Shown here: positions 38,479 through 48,147 of the stretch, piece by piece | Position numbering within the stretch: position 1 is the stretch's first letter | How the letters are laid out: every line of letters begins with the position of its first letter | Virus record (IMG/VR): IMGVR_UViG_3300042516_003452 | Span: 1 to 64,000 of that record | Direction: 5' to 3' (one strand) | DNA length: 64,000 nucleotides | From: a virus | Made by a program: the position numbers and the translations under genes | The notes under the pieces: generated by a model | Seen by the model: only the letters and a program-made list of their open reading frames with translations | The model's database searches: none | Told to the model about the DNA's origin: nothing

Positions 38479-38481
38479 GAT

Positions 38482-39060
38482 TTAAACACTCCACATGTAA
38501 TCGTTGGTATAAACACCGGATTCGGTACGGCGCGGTGCGCCAAACATATATGAAAGCATCTCTTGCTGTGGTGTCATCACTTTACCTTGAGCCATCAGAT
38601 TTTGTTTTAAGAAATCACCAAAAGCTCCTGAGCCACGAATACCCGCTTTTTCAGCGCGTTTTGCCATGTTCTGATATTCGTCTTCAGTGAAGGTCAGTCC
38701 TGCATTTGTGTAGATCTGATCTGCTGTGTCCCAGCCGCTGCTGGTTAAATCAACCGGTTTTTTAAGACTTCGCCTCAAGCCTTTTGAATATGCCTTTTCA
38801 TTCGGATACATATCCGCCATCATGCGGTAGAAATCCTCTCCCGCACCACGGTCACCACTTTGGACGTATTGACGAAACTGCGCCTTATCAGCTTTCTTCT
38901 TCCACTTAGGAACATCAAGCATTGAAAGGCCGTAGCCTCCAAGTGCCGACATCGTTGGAGAGGGCTGGAAGCCGGGACCTGCCGTTGCTTTGCCGAGTAG
39001 GTTACCAAATAAGGAACCACCAGCACTTACGGCCATACCTCCAAGTATCGCTGGTAACAT
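38482..39060 (-). CDS. Putative internal virion protein
   Basis: Gly-rich hydrophobic N-terminus typical of ejection proteins. Confidence 0.55.
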   Translation of the reverse strand: MLPAILGGMAVSAGGSLFGNLLGKATAGPGFQPSPTMSALGGYGLSMLDVPKWKKKADKAQFRQYVQSGDRGAGEDFYRMMADMYPNEKAYSKGLRRSLKKPVDLTSSGWDTADQIYTNAGLTFTEDEYQNMAKRAEKAGIRGSGAFGDFLKQNLMAQGKVMTPQQEMLSYMFGAPRRTESGVYTNDYMWSV

Positions 39061-39103
39061 GTGACCTTATAACTTCTATCTTTTTATTTTAACGCCTATG
39101 ACT

Positions 39104-39526
39104 TTAAACGATAAAGGCAGAGTACTTACCAGCAAGACCTGGGTTTAGTAAAGTGTCACGCACTTGTCCACGACGATACTCAGGATTTAGTTTGATACGA
39201 GCTTCATCAATGGGCGCTTTACGCTGCAAAAAGTAATCGTAATTACGATCAAACAGGCTGCGACCAGTGTTGGCGTCAAACATGGCCATGGTGGCATCTT
39301 GCGCATTCTGCGCAGACTGAGCAGCTTGTGCTTGGCCAAAACCACCAATAAAAGAGTTGATGCCAGCAGAAGCCATCATGCCTCCTGGCCCACCAAGAAA
39401 CTTGCTGAAGTCACTAAGACCACCGCCCGCTGCTGCAGGTGCTGCTGATGCAGGGCTAAAAGAAAGACCTGGCGCCGGAATGAAAGAGCCCGGTTCAGCG
39501 TATTGCTGCCAACCAAACATACTCAT
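39104..39526 (-). CDS. Putative internal virion protein
   Basis: A/G/Q-rich; GWQQYA motif. Confidence 0.55.
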   Translation of the reverse strand: MSMFGWQQYAEPGSFIPAPGLSFSPASAAPAAAGGGLSDFSKFLGGPGGMMASAGINSFIGGFGQAQAAQSAQNAQDATMAMFDANTGRSLFDRNYDYFLQRKAPIDEARIKLNPEYRRGQVRDTLLNPGLAGKYSAFIV

Positions 39527-39536
39527 GGTTTTACTC

Positions 39537-40019
39537 CTACAAGTTGATGTACTGACGGGTTACGTAGGAAGGAGCACCTGCATTCTCACGCAGTACACCT
39601 AACTGGTCACCAAAGAAGCGATACTTTTCAGCCATCGCACGTTGGAATTCTTTTGGAGCGTCAAGCAGACTCTTGAAGACGTTGGCCTCCATGCCAAGAC
39701 GCTGATTCTCACGGGCTACATCCTTGAAGTAAGGCCCAAGCACGTCCAGTTGTTCTTGTAGTCTTCCGGGGGAACTTTCTTCTTGGCGAAAAAGATCAGC
39801 AAGAACAGCTAAGCCACCATATTCATCTCCGACCAACTCACGAATCTTGCGAGCCCTTTCCTCATCGAAGTAGGAACCCGCAAGACCGGGAGGCATTGTA
39901 TTCCTCGAAGCTCCAGCAGGTGCACCGGTTACCGGAGGAGTTGCTGGGATGTAAGAACCAGCAGGAGCATATTGCTGCCAACCGGAACCTAATTGAAACT
40001 GTTTAGGTGCCATGATCAA
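39537..40019 (-). CDS. Putative internal virion protein
   Basis: GWQQYA motif. Confidence 0.55.
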   Translation of the reverse strand: MIMAPKQFQLGSGWQQYAPAGSYIPATPPVTGAPAGASRNTMPPGLAGSYFDEERARKIRELVGDEYGGLAVLADLFRQEESSPGRLQEQLDVLGPYFKDVARENQRLGMEANVFKSLLDAPKEFQRAMAEKYRFFGDQLGVLRENAGAPSYVTRQYINL

Positions 40020-40924
40020 CCAAAGCGGATGGCAGGAGCCTGAAGAGTAGAGCCGGCGTAAGGATTAGAGGTCAGTGCAGTACGGAGCGTTGCACCAGTC
40101 TCAGCTTGTGCACCTTGGGCCAGAGCGCCGCCGGTAGCAAGAACACCAAGACGCGCTTGGAGCTGACCCTGGGTATTTAACAGAGCTTGTTGACGAACCA
40201 GGTCGGCATTCTTCATCTGTTGAATGATTGGATTCGTCCGCTGCAGATCATAGAACGCTTGATCGGAATAATACTTAGACAGATCTTTGATAGCGCTGGT
40301 CTCAACGCCAAGATTGTTGCGGTACTGAGTTGTACCTAACTCGCCCATTTGCTGGGCCATCGCCATCTGAGTAGAAAACTGACCTTCTTTGCCTTTGGTT
40401 GGTTCACCGGTTGCTTTTTGGCGAACCGACTCAGAAGCACTAGCAGCTAGCGGAGCGAAAAGCATGCCACCTACTGCAGGAAGAACGGCTTGAGCAACCT
40501 TGCCAAGACCACCAGGAATAAGGCGTGCAACACCTGCACCGATGGCAGCACCCGCACCACCGCCAACAAGAGCACCAGCTGCACCTGTAGCTCGGCCTGC
40601 AGCTGCTTCTTCGGCAGCGGTCATTACTGGAGAAACAAGGCCTGCTACTAAGCCGTAACGACCGACTGGCACGTTTTGAAGAGCGGCACCGGCTTTTTGT
40701 GCTCCGCCACGAACAAAGTCAACGGCTTGATTGGCCATCTGTTGGGCACGTTCTCGACGACCAGGAGCAGCAGCGCCTGTTAAATTTACGTCGCCCGGTT
40801 GAGGTACAGAAGGACCGCCACTAACTCGAACAGAAGGAGATACGCCAGCGCCAAAGGTTGTAGGTCCAGTAGTTTGAAGGCCGATGCTTGGCATCCCCAT
40901 GTAGGGATTGTAATACGGATTCAC
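40016..40924 (-). CDS. Putative DNA-ejection protein
   Basis: Glycine-zipper segments plus Q-rich helix. Confidence 0.55.
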   Translation of the reverse strand: MNPYYNPYMGMPSIGLQTTGPTTFGAGVSPSVRVSGGPSVPQPGDVNLTGAAAPGRRERAQQMANQAVDFVRGGAQKAGAALQNVPVGRYGLVAGLVSPVMTAAEEAAAGRATGAAGALVGGGAGAAIGAGVARLIPGGLGKVAQAVLPAVGGMLFAPLAASASESVRQKATGEPTKGKEGQFSTQMAMAQQMGELGTTQYRNNLGVETSAIKDLSKYYSDQAFYDLQRTNPIIQQMKNADLVRQQALLNTQGQLQARLGVLATGGALAQGAQAETGATLRTALTSNPYAGSTLQAPAIRFG

Positions 40925-40954
40925 GTCAACAACTCTACTTTTTTATAAATTCTA

Positions 40955-41902
40955 TCACTGCATCATTTCATACTGAGCAGTGGTAGGTAACTGAGTTTCG
41001 GATGGTTTTGCTGCAAGTACAGCATTGGCTAAGTTGCCCATAATTGCACCTGCAGCTGCGCCGCCGGCAGCACCGGCAAGTCCACGCCTGAATGCGTTCT
41101 TAACTAACGGTGCTGTTCTAATAGCGGCACCAGCACCCACAATTCCACCAACAGCAGTAGTAACAGAAGGAATAGTGACTGGATAACCAAGGACACGAGC
41201 TTCTGGAACACCTTGTAAATTCTCTGGAGTTGCTTTGACAATGCCAAGGAAGCCCTTGTCTTGGTAGTAGTTCTGAAGATAGTTCCCATAGCGCTCAGGC
41301 GTCAAGGAAGGGATGTCTTCCTTTGCAGTTTCATACTTCAAAGGGCGTCCCGTGCGTCCCAAGAAGAAACGTTCAAACAACTCACTGGCTGGCTGGGAAG
41401 TTTCCCGACGATCTTCTGAGCCTTCTTCTGCATAGGCTTGGGAGAAACCCTTTGGTCTAAACATTTCACCAATATTAGTGATGTCGTAAGCACCAGCCAA
41501 TGCAGTGGTTGGAACGGCAATTGTTGCACCAATTAGGCCCGTCTTTGTTGGGCCTAATGCACGATATGCTTCTTTACCAATAGCCGCCTCTGCCCCCGCC
41601 CCCATGATCGCCAAAGGGTGGTTGTAGCGCCAATAAATACCACGGGTGCCATCGTTCGTGATATCAGTTAACAACCTTGCGCCGAAGGCGCCCACTGCTT
41701 GAGTAGGCGTCTCCTGCATCGACACTCCTAAGGACTTAAGGTTGCGGTGGTATTCACCACGGAGCCCTGGAATGTCCTTGAGAATAGTGGGGTTGTACTC
41801 ACCTTTTAAGTAAGCCTGACGACTGGCTTCTGCGCTTTTACGCGCACCGGTCATCAACTCATCTTTGAACTGACCAACTTTATTTAGAAAATCTTGAAAC
41901 AT
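40955..41902 (-). CDS. Putative DNA-ejection protein
   Basis: C-terminal glycine zipper GAAGGAAAGA. Confidence 0.55.
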   Translation of the reverse strand: MFQDFLNKVGQFKDELMTGARKSAEASRQAYLKGEYNPTILKDIPGLRGEYHRNLKSLGVSMQETPTQAVGAFGARLLTDITNDGTRGIYWRYNHPLAIMGAGAEAAIGKEAYRALGPTKTGLIGATIAVPTTALAGAYDITNIGEMFRPKGFSQAYAEEGSEDRRETSQPASELFERFFLGRTGRPLKYETAKEDIPSLTPERYGNYLQNYYQDKGFLGIVKATPENLQGVPEARVLGYPVTIPSVTTAVGGIVGAGAAIRTAPLVKNAFRRGLAGAAGGAAAGAIMGNLANAVLAAKPSETQLPTTAQYEMMQ

Positions 41903-41903
41903 A

Positions 41904-42419
41904 TCACAGCCTCGGATTAAGAACGCCTTGAACCATTGCCTGATCTTCTGGACTCAAGTATTGCATCCACTGGTTACGTGGCATCTGGTTAAGTAAGTTC
42001 TCGAAATGCTGAGGATCAGCAAGAGGAAGTTGGTATTGAGTTCCAGGGGAAAGCTCAGTGAGTTGTTGATTTAAGGGAAGTTGATTGACAACGGAACGTT
42101 GTTCAATCTGTTGTGCAATTTGCTGAGGCTGACCCGCCATCAAGATCGAGGAACCAAGCTCAGTGCCGACCAAGGAACCAGCAATGTTCGCACCGCCTTC
42201 AATCAAACCACGAGCCGTTTTGTTAGGTATGTTGCGTGCTGCGTAACGACCAAGCAAAGTTGCTGGTAATGACGTGGCAAGATCCGAAAGACCAAACGCT
42301 AAAGCACCTTTGGGACCTGCGGTAAAAGCACCAAAACCTGCGTTAAGTGCAGTACCAGGGAGAACCGACTTAACGACGGAACCTAAATTCTTGCTTAACC
42401 AGCCTCCAGCTAAGGCCAT
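41904..42419 (-). CDS. Hypothetical virion protein
   Basis: Gly/Ala hydrophobic; TATAAT upstream. Confidence 0.55.
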   Translation of the reverse strand: MALAGGWLSKNLGSVVKSVLPGTALNAGFGAFTAGPKGALAFGLSDLATSLPATLLGRYAARNIPNKTARGLIEGGANIAGSLVGTELGSSILMAGQPQQIAQQIEQRSVVNQLPLNQQLTELSPGTQYQLPLADPQHFENLLNQMPRNQWMQYLSPEDQAMVQGVLNPRL

Positions 42420-42450
42420 CTACTTATCCCTTTTTATTCATTATAAATTG

Positions 42451-42984
42451 TTAGTCTTTGGTATCTTCTTTGTCACCAGCAAGAAGCTGAGCGACTGACT
42501 TATCGCCTTCTGCTTCGTTCTCAACTTTTTGCTCCATTTGCGCCATGATGTAGCCCTTGGGATCTGGGTTCTTCGCACGAGGCATTGGGTTGCTGATTCT
42601 TTTACCAGGATCCATGGTTGGGCTAAGGGAGTAGAACTCACCCCAGGTGGTGTTGAAGCCTGGTTGTTCTTCTGGACGCTGGTTTGTTTTGGCTCGACCA
42701 TTCATGAAGTCGTAGTCTTTGTTGCGATCAAAGCGACCGATACCAGCAAAGACTTCAGTAGGGCCTTCGCCAACTTGTTGAAGGCCTGGGTTCTGAATTA
42801 ACTTCTTGGTTTGAATCCGACGAAGTAAGTCGGTACTATCAAAACGGTTTAGGTTCCAGGGCGGTGCACCACTATTTGCTTTAACGGAGAACAGATCGTC
42901 AAAGTTAAGATTTTTCTTTTTAACGAAAAGATCTTTACCGTAATCAAGATAACGATCTAGTTCAAGCCTGTGGTCTTTAGCCAT
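42451..42984 (-). CDS. Hypothetical protein
   Basis: 177-aa coupled ORF. Confidence 0.55.
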   Translation of the reverse strand: MAKDHRLELDRYLDYGKDLFVKKKNLNFDDLFSVKANSGAPPWNLNRFDSTDLLRRIQTKKLIQNPGLQQVGEGPTEVFAGIGRFDRNKDYDFMNGRAKTNQRPEEQPGFNTTWGEFYSLSPTMDPGKRISNPMPRAKNPDPKGYIMAQMEQKVENEAEGDKSVAQLLAGDKEDTKD

Positions 42985-43208
42985 CAGCTTTCCTTCTTGC
43001 CGTCTTTATTCTTCTTCAAGCCTACCAGCGTCTTGCGAAGCCGTGCCTGTTTTACAGTCTTTTCATCGTACTGATCAGGATTGGAAAGGACATTTGCCTG
43101 GAGCTGAGCAGAGGTAATACCTTTGCGCTTAGCTTTGGCAGTGAAGGCGCCTTCCTTCATATCCATGCCTTGGATCCACTTTTTGTCTTTCTTTTTCTTT
43201 TCAGCCAT
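42984..43208 (-). CDS. Small basic protein
   Basis: KWIQ..KEGAFTAKAK...KQARL. Confidence 0.65.
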   Translation of the reverse strand: MAEKKKKDKKWIQGMDMKEGAFTAKAKRKGITSAQLQANVLSNPDQYDEKTVKQARLRKTLVGLKKNKDGKKES

Positions 43209-43210
43209 GA

Positions 43211-46150
43211 TTAGCGAATACGACGTTTTGCGGCAGCTTGTGACATTAACCGATTACCGAAGTTTTGAAGCTGAGAACCAGAGAGGCCATAACGCCTAAT
43301 GGTTTCAGACTCAGATAACTGACCAATGCCACCCGGTACAGAACCTAGACCTAATCCTAATTCCTGTTTACCACGGACGACCTGTCCTCCTGGAGTTAAA
43401 TTAGCAGCCAACGCGAATTGATTGCGTTGTGCACCTTGACTAAGAGAACGTGGTTCCATAGAGACTTGGAGTTGGCTCTCTGGGTATTGATAATTACCTG
43501 TTGAAACTCGGCTGATCGGTCCCATTGCAGGAGCAGCTGGTCCAGTGTAAGGATTCTGCGTACGAGCAAAGGAACCAATATTCATGGTTGGGACACGCGT
43601 GCGTCCGACCACATTGCCGGTCTGAGGATCACGCACAGGAACAACCTTCATACCTTCACCGGTTTGAGGTGTTTCCATCTGGCTGCGTAGAGCAGACATC
43701 TGAGCACCAGTTACAGTAGAGGGCTCAATGGCAACACCAGTTGTCCTCAGGGGAGCTGTAGAAATACGCGGTGAGTAATAAGCCACATCGACATCAACGC
43801 CGCCATCCCCAACGGTCATTGGATCAATTCCACCTTCGCCTCTGACTTGGTATTGACCAGGGATTGGAGCTGCTTTACCGGTGGTTTTGTAAATCGGATA
43901 GCCGTATGGATTGAAACCAGCAACAACTTTTTTACCTTCTTTGTTGACTTGGATTCTTTCACCAAAGATTGGTGTATCCTTCTCAGTCTTCAGAAGACCC
44001 ATCACCATTGCATTGGCCTCTTGTGGGTAATAAAGCTTGCCGGAAGCTTGACTGATTTGTGGCTTAAGAATGGGAACATCGATCCCTTCTTTATTCATTA
44101 AGTAATCATCAACTGCTTTAACGATGAACCCTTGGTAGTCATAAGCCTCACCGATGTCGGAAAGCGTTTTGCCTTGCGCCAGGCCCAACTCTAGGGCTTC
44201 GGGATTGTTCTCACGTAAGTAGGCAGCTTTAGCGGAAGGATTATTGAAGTAATCCGATTGGGCTCTTTCTGCCACACTTTGGATCGTGGCACGGTCCAGG
44301 GCCACAGGCTCTGGTTTTGCCGTTTTCAATGTGGTCCAACCAATACGTTGTTCACCTTGCGTTAAAGGTGTACGTCGAATACCAAGCAAGGGGCCTTCGC
44401 CAACAATCACTCGCCGAGACGTTGGTTTGTACGGCTGGCGAATATTTGTGCCAGGAATGGTTTCTCCATACATGATGTCTGGAGCCCAATCCGAAATAGG
44501 TTGGGTTGTGATCTTGGCAGGAACAACATCAACAGCCGTTTCAAAACCACCGATCAACTTATTGGTGCCAACATTGATGTCAGAAGTTTCAATACCCATT
44601 CCACCCTTGTAACCAACATCTTGCATGCGAAGAAGTTGACCAAAGGAAAGATTGGGATCTTGGCCAAGAACATTAATACCAGCGGTCTGAATACCAGAAG
44701 GATCACGGCGCAGTGGAACAACGACATCGGCAGCGCGTAACTGACGTTCAGAGCCAGGAGCAGCAGCTGAAGCTTCTTGAACAACACCAGGAATTTGAGT
44801 GGTACCTTTGTTAGTGCGTTCTCGGAAAGACTCCGTTTCGATTAAAAGGTTACCGACACCTTCCGTATCGCCATAATCCGTACCCATTTCGCGATTGGCG
44901 GTCATGACCTCAGTTGGGTCATAGTCGTAATCGTCGACTTCTTGGTAGTAGTTACCAGTGTTGGGGTCGTAACTAAAACCTGCTTGCTCTAGTTTTTCTT
45001 TCTGCTGGAGCTGCTTCAGGTTTGTTGTGTCGTGATAGGTCAAGCCCGTACCACCAACGCCAGCGGTCTCAAGCTCTTCCACCAATGCATCCGGCATGGA
45101 AGCACGAGCGCCACCAGCAATCTCCATGGTTGGGTTGCTGCTAACAGCCCCGCCGCGAATTTTGGGAGTTGTACCGAGATACTCAGTGATCCTTTCGCGT
45201 GGTACTTCAGGATTCAAGATTTGATCACGGATTGCCCGTGGATAAGAAGCGGCAGCCATTGTCCGCTCCAAAATTTCCTCTGGTGTAAAGCGATTGCGTG
45301 CAGTAGCCGATTCAGAAACCGTACTTAAATCAAGAGCGCGACCTGCACTTAAGCCACTACGTGTAGAAACACTACCAATCTTGGCACCACGTAATAAACG
45401 AGCTTGTTGTGGGGTTAGTTCCAGCTCACCAGTTAGATCTGAGACTGAACGTCCGGTTCTTTCATAACGAGGTCCGTAAAATTCCTGAGCCTGGCGGCCA
45501 AGGTTCTCAAGCTGCTCTTCTAATTCCCAAGCGTTACCGCTGACAATTCTTTTGGGAGTTGTTTGAGCAATACGTTGAACTTCTTGGGGGAATTGGGAAA
45601 CTTGCTCAGCAACTTGGGAAGTTCTTGCGATACGGTCAGCATCTCGACTGAAACTTACAAAGTTATTGACTTCACGTTGTTCGGGTATCACAATGCCCTT
45701 GGAAATAACTTGATCAAGACCTGCGTCAGAGGCTTCGACCTGCTGACTGCGAACTTCATCGATCAGATTCTGCTGAATGCTGGTTAAATCAACAGTTGCC
45801 TGCGGAATTGCCGTTTCAGGCGCTGCAACTTTGGAAGGACGGACCAAAGGTGCCTGAGATATGGCTCGAAGATCGGATTCACGCGGAACACGAGGCTTTC
45901 CAACGGGAGCAGGCGCCTGACGACCGCGTAATGCCCGGTAACCAAGGGTGCCAGCTCCCAATGCACCTAAGCCCAGGGCTGCGGCACCCAAAATTCCCGC
46001 CAATGGGGACTCTTCTTGTGGTTGACGGAGCTGATTGGCGCGAAAATCACGAACTGCTGGGGCTAAAGCAGCCCTTTCCTCCGGATCTTCTGGGTATGGG
46101 GTACCAGTGGCGCGGCTGTAGGCAGCAAAATCGGCAGGTGACAGGGCCAT
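43211..46150 (-). CDS. Large virion-associated protein
   Basis: 979 aa, first gene of the minus-strand block. Confidence 0.65.
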   Translation of the reverse strand: MALSPADFAAYSRATGTPYPEDPEERAALAPAVRDFRANQLRQPQEESPLAGILGAAALGLGALGAGTLGYRALRGRQAPAPVGKPRVPRESDLRAISQAPLVRPSKVAAPETAIPQATVDLTSIQQNLIDEVRSQQVEASDAGLDQVISKGIVIPEQREVNNFVSFSRDADRIARTSQVAEQVSQFPQEVQRIAQTTPKRIVSGNAWELEEQLENLGRQAQEFYGPRYERTGRSVSDLTGELELTPQQARLLRGAKIGSVSTRSGLSAGRALDLSTVSESATARNRFTPEEILERTMAAASYPRAIRDQILNPEVPRERITEYLGTTPKIRGGAVSSNPTMEIAGGARASMPDALVEELETAGVGGTGLTYHDTTNLKQLQQKEKLEQAGFSYDPNTGNYYQEVDDYDYDPTEVMTANREMGTDYGDTEGVGNLLIETESFRERTNKGTTQIPGVVQEASAAAPGSERQLRAADVVVPLRRDPSGIQTAGINVLGQDPNLSFGQLLRMQDVGYKGGMGIETSDINVGTNKLIGGFETAVDVVPAKITTQPISDWAPDIMYGETIPGTNIRQPYKPTSRRVIVGEGPLLGIRRTPLTQGEQRIGWTTLKTAKPEPVALDRATIQSVAERAQSDYFNNPSAKAAYLRENNPEALELGLAQGKTLSDIGEAYDYQGFIVKAVDDYLMNKEGIDVPILKPQISQASGKLYYPQEANAMVMGLLKTEKDTPIFGERIQVNKEGKKVVAGFNPYGYPIYKTTGKAAPIPGQYQVRGEGGIDPMTVGDGGVDVDVAYYSPRISTAPLRTTGVAIEPSTVTGAQMSALRSQMETPQTGEGMKVVPVRDPQTGNVVGRTRVPTMNIGSFARTQNPYTGPAAPAMGPISRVSTGNYQYPESQLQVSMEPRSLSQGAQRNQFALAANLTPGGQVVRGKQELGLGLGSVPGGIGQLSESETIRRYGLSGSQLQNFGNRLMSQAAAKRRIR

Positions 46151-46270
46151 TGGGTACTTATTAGCTATAAATTCCTTGTTCTTTGTATTTTACTGGGGGA
46201 AACTTAGGTAAAAAGTGAATACGGTAGACTATTACCAAAAGAATCGCTGAACATCCGGGTTAATAAGGAC

Positions 46271-46480
46271 ATGAACCCTAAGAATGCTTTAGAAAAAGCA
46301 ACTGCACTGTACGCAATTGCGGATGCGGCCGAAGATTTAGAGAAAGCTGGGGCTGCACCATTCGAAGTCAAGGCGTTTACGACTGGTGCCAGGGAAAAAT
46401 TGGCAGAAGAACGACCTGATTACGACAAATACGCCAAAGCTTACGCTGCTTCTTCCCGTTTTGCACAAAGCAACCAGTAA
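46271..46480 (+). CDS. Hypothetical protein
   Basis: AAGGA SD, 69 aa. Confidence 0.55.
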   Translation: MNPKNALEKATALYAIADAAEDLEKAGAAPFEVKAFTTGAREKLAEERPDYDKYAKAYAASSRFAQSNQ

Positions 46481-46738
46481 GTAAAAGCGTTAATTAGCAC
46501 ATTGTTAATAGCCGGGGCCACAAACCCCGGCATTTTTGTGTGTTTTCTTGGGTAAAACCCCTGTAAACATGACACTTTTTGCAAGGGCCGCCCCCTATAG
46601 GGGCCAAAAAGGATAAAAAATTTCCTGACGCTTCTCCAACACCCCACGCGACGCGAGTTGCGTATAGAAAAAAAGAAAGGGCGGGGGCTGCGCATCCGAA
46701 GAACGCAGGCAAATCAAGTCAGTTTACCGACAGGAACC

Positions 46739-47038
46739 ATGACTCAGGCCAAAGTTAGCACCAAGGGACAGCGCTGGCAGCATGACTGGCGGCGTCAAGT
46801 AGGCGAGCGCCCAACAGAGAGTAACGCCAAGCTTTTCCACAGCTATGTGGAGATGGCGTATCAGTTGCTCGAGGAGTTTAGCTCAGCCGACTTTATCTAC
46901 AGCGAAGTCAGGCAAGTCTGCCAACCCCAGTATCTCTTCCAGGTGGTCTGTGACATGCGAAGCGAGAAGCTAAGCATGCGCATTTGGACCACCGAGGAAG
47001 GATATAAGGCGGTGTCCATCCACAAAATCCCTGTCTGA
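46739..47038 (+). CDS. Early hypothetical protein
   Basis: AGGA SD then MTQAKV. Confidence 0.55.
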   Translation: MTQAKVSTKGQRWQHDWRRQVGERPTESNAKLFHSYVEMAYQLLEEFSSADFIYSEVRQVCQPQYLFQVVCDMRSEKLSMRIWTTEEGYKAVSIHKIPV

Positions 47039-47133
47039 TACGTTCGCGTATCGCGTACGGGAAAGATCTGCTCCCCGCCCCGCACTTGTTCATACAGAAC
47101 AGTTTCGCAACAGGAGCGTGGTCAAGTCACGGT

Positions 47134-47167
47134 CTTGGCAGCTGCAATCCCGCAGCGTAAGTCCAAG
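47134..47167 (+). ncRNA. UAAGU-bulge hairpin motif (family B)
   Basis: CUUGG-CA-GCUGC/GCAGC-G-UAAGU-CCAAG. Confidence 0.65.
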
Positions 47168-47184
47168 CTCACCGGAGTAACACC

Positions 47185-47412
47185 GTGACCAACACCATCG
47201 CCACCGTCCGTCGTATCGACTGCGTGGACATCACCAAGATGTCACACGAGGAGATCTTCGACATGTGTGGCGTACCAACCCGGCAAGAAGCTGGCGACAA
47301 CGTCATGCTTCAGGTCCTCGACCTGCTTGAGCACGGACGTAGCCAGGTACTTACTGCCGAACACCTCCAGGTCATCAAGTCCTACGTGGACGAGATGCTG
47401 GAGACCAACTGA
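47185..47412 (+). CDS. Early hypothetical protein
   Basis: GGAG SD, GTG start. Confidence 0.6.
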   Translation: MTNTIATVRRIDCVDITKMSHEEIFDMCGVPTRQEAGDNVMLQVLDLLEHGRSQVLTAEHLQVIKSYVDEMLETN

Positions 47413-47476
47413 TCCGTTAAAGCGGGCGGCAGGGTGCAAACCCCTGCCCAGTTATTGCCTACAGCGGAGATAGGCA
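47407..47476 (+). ncRNA. T-loop three-way-junction motif (family C), copy 1
   Basis: AACUG/CAGUU, UCCG/CGGG, GGCAGGG-UGCAAAC-CCCUGCC, then a hairpin. Confidence 0.65.
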
Positions 47477-47497
47477 CCGCACACACAGGAGTTACCT

Positions 47498-47578
47498 GTG
47501 CACTTCACCACCTACGAATCCGTCGCACTCATCACGATCTTCATCGTGAGTTGCGTAATCGGATACGTAACCGACTGA
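47498..47578 (+). CDS. Hydrophobic peptide (26 aa)
   Basis: AGGAG SD; MHFTTYESVALITIFIVSCVIGYVTD. Confidence 0.5.
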   Translation: MHFTTYESVALITIFIVSCVIGYVTD

Positions 47579-47641
47579 TCCGTCTAAGCGGGTGACCAGG
47601 TGCAAACCCTGGTCCAGTCATTGCCACCCACCGAGGGTGGC
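47573..47641 (+). ncRNA. T-loop three-way-junction motif (family C), copy 2
   Basis: GACUG/CAGUC, UCCG/CGGG, GACCAGG-UGCAAAC-CCUGGUC, then a hairpin. Confidence 0.65.
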
Positions 47642-47658
47642 TTAATTTAACTCAGCTC

Positions 47659-47814
47659 ATGCGAGTTACCTACCAAGATCTGCTGCAGTGGTTCACTGAA
47701 CAGCAACTAGATGATGCCGTCATCATTGCCCGTTGCACAGCAGATGCATTCCCTCACCTCAACTACGAGCAGCGACTTGTCAAAGTCCTGGTCGAAATGA
47801 AGACCTACGCCTGA
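47659..47814 (+). CDS. Early hypothetical protein (51 aa)
   Basis: Manual translation MRVTYQDLLQWF... Confidence 0.5.
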   Translation: MRVTYQDLLQWFTEQQLDDAVIIARCTADAFPHLNYEQRLVKVLVEMKTYA

Positions 47815-47823
47815 TCTACTACC

Positions 47824-48072
47824 ATGCTGATCTATCAACCCAAGTGTGACGACCGTACTCGCGTAGCCTGGTACGGAGGAGAGTCTACACAGCTACACTT
47901 CCAACACCGTGGTATCACCGAGAGGTGGATCGACATCGAGACACGTACTCTCATGGGTGATATCCCAGGTGGTGTGAAGGAACTGCTTGCAGAAATGCAA
48001 GACTTTTACAACTACTGCTACGGCGAGACTTCCATCCTCGACCAAGATAACCTCATCGGCACGATCTTCTGA
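47824..48072 (+). CDS. Early hypothetical protein
   Basis: ORF in tandem array. Confidence 0.55.
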   Translation: MLIYQPKCDDRTRVAWYGGESTQLHFQHRGITERWIDIETRTLMGDIPGGVKELLAEMQDFYNYCYGETSILDQDNLIGTIF

Positions 48073-48101
48073 CTCCTGCTCTAAGGGCCTTCGGGCCTTT
48101 A

Positions 48102-48122
48102 CTGCAGGACTCAACATCCTGC
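48102..48122 (+). repeat. GCAGGA-CTCAACA-TCCTGC hairpin repeat (family D), copy 1
   Basis: 21 nt identical to 48933-48953. Confidence 0.75.
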
Positions 48123-48147
48123 CGTCCACTCAACTCAGCTCAACACA

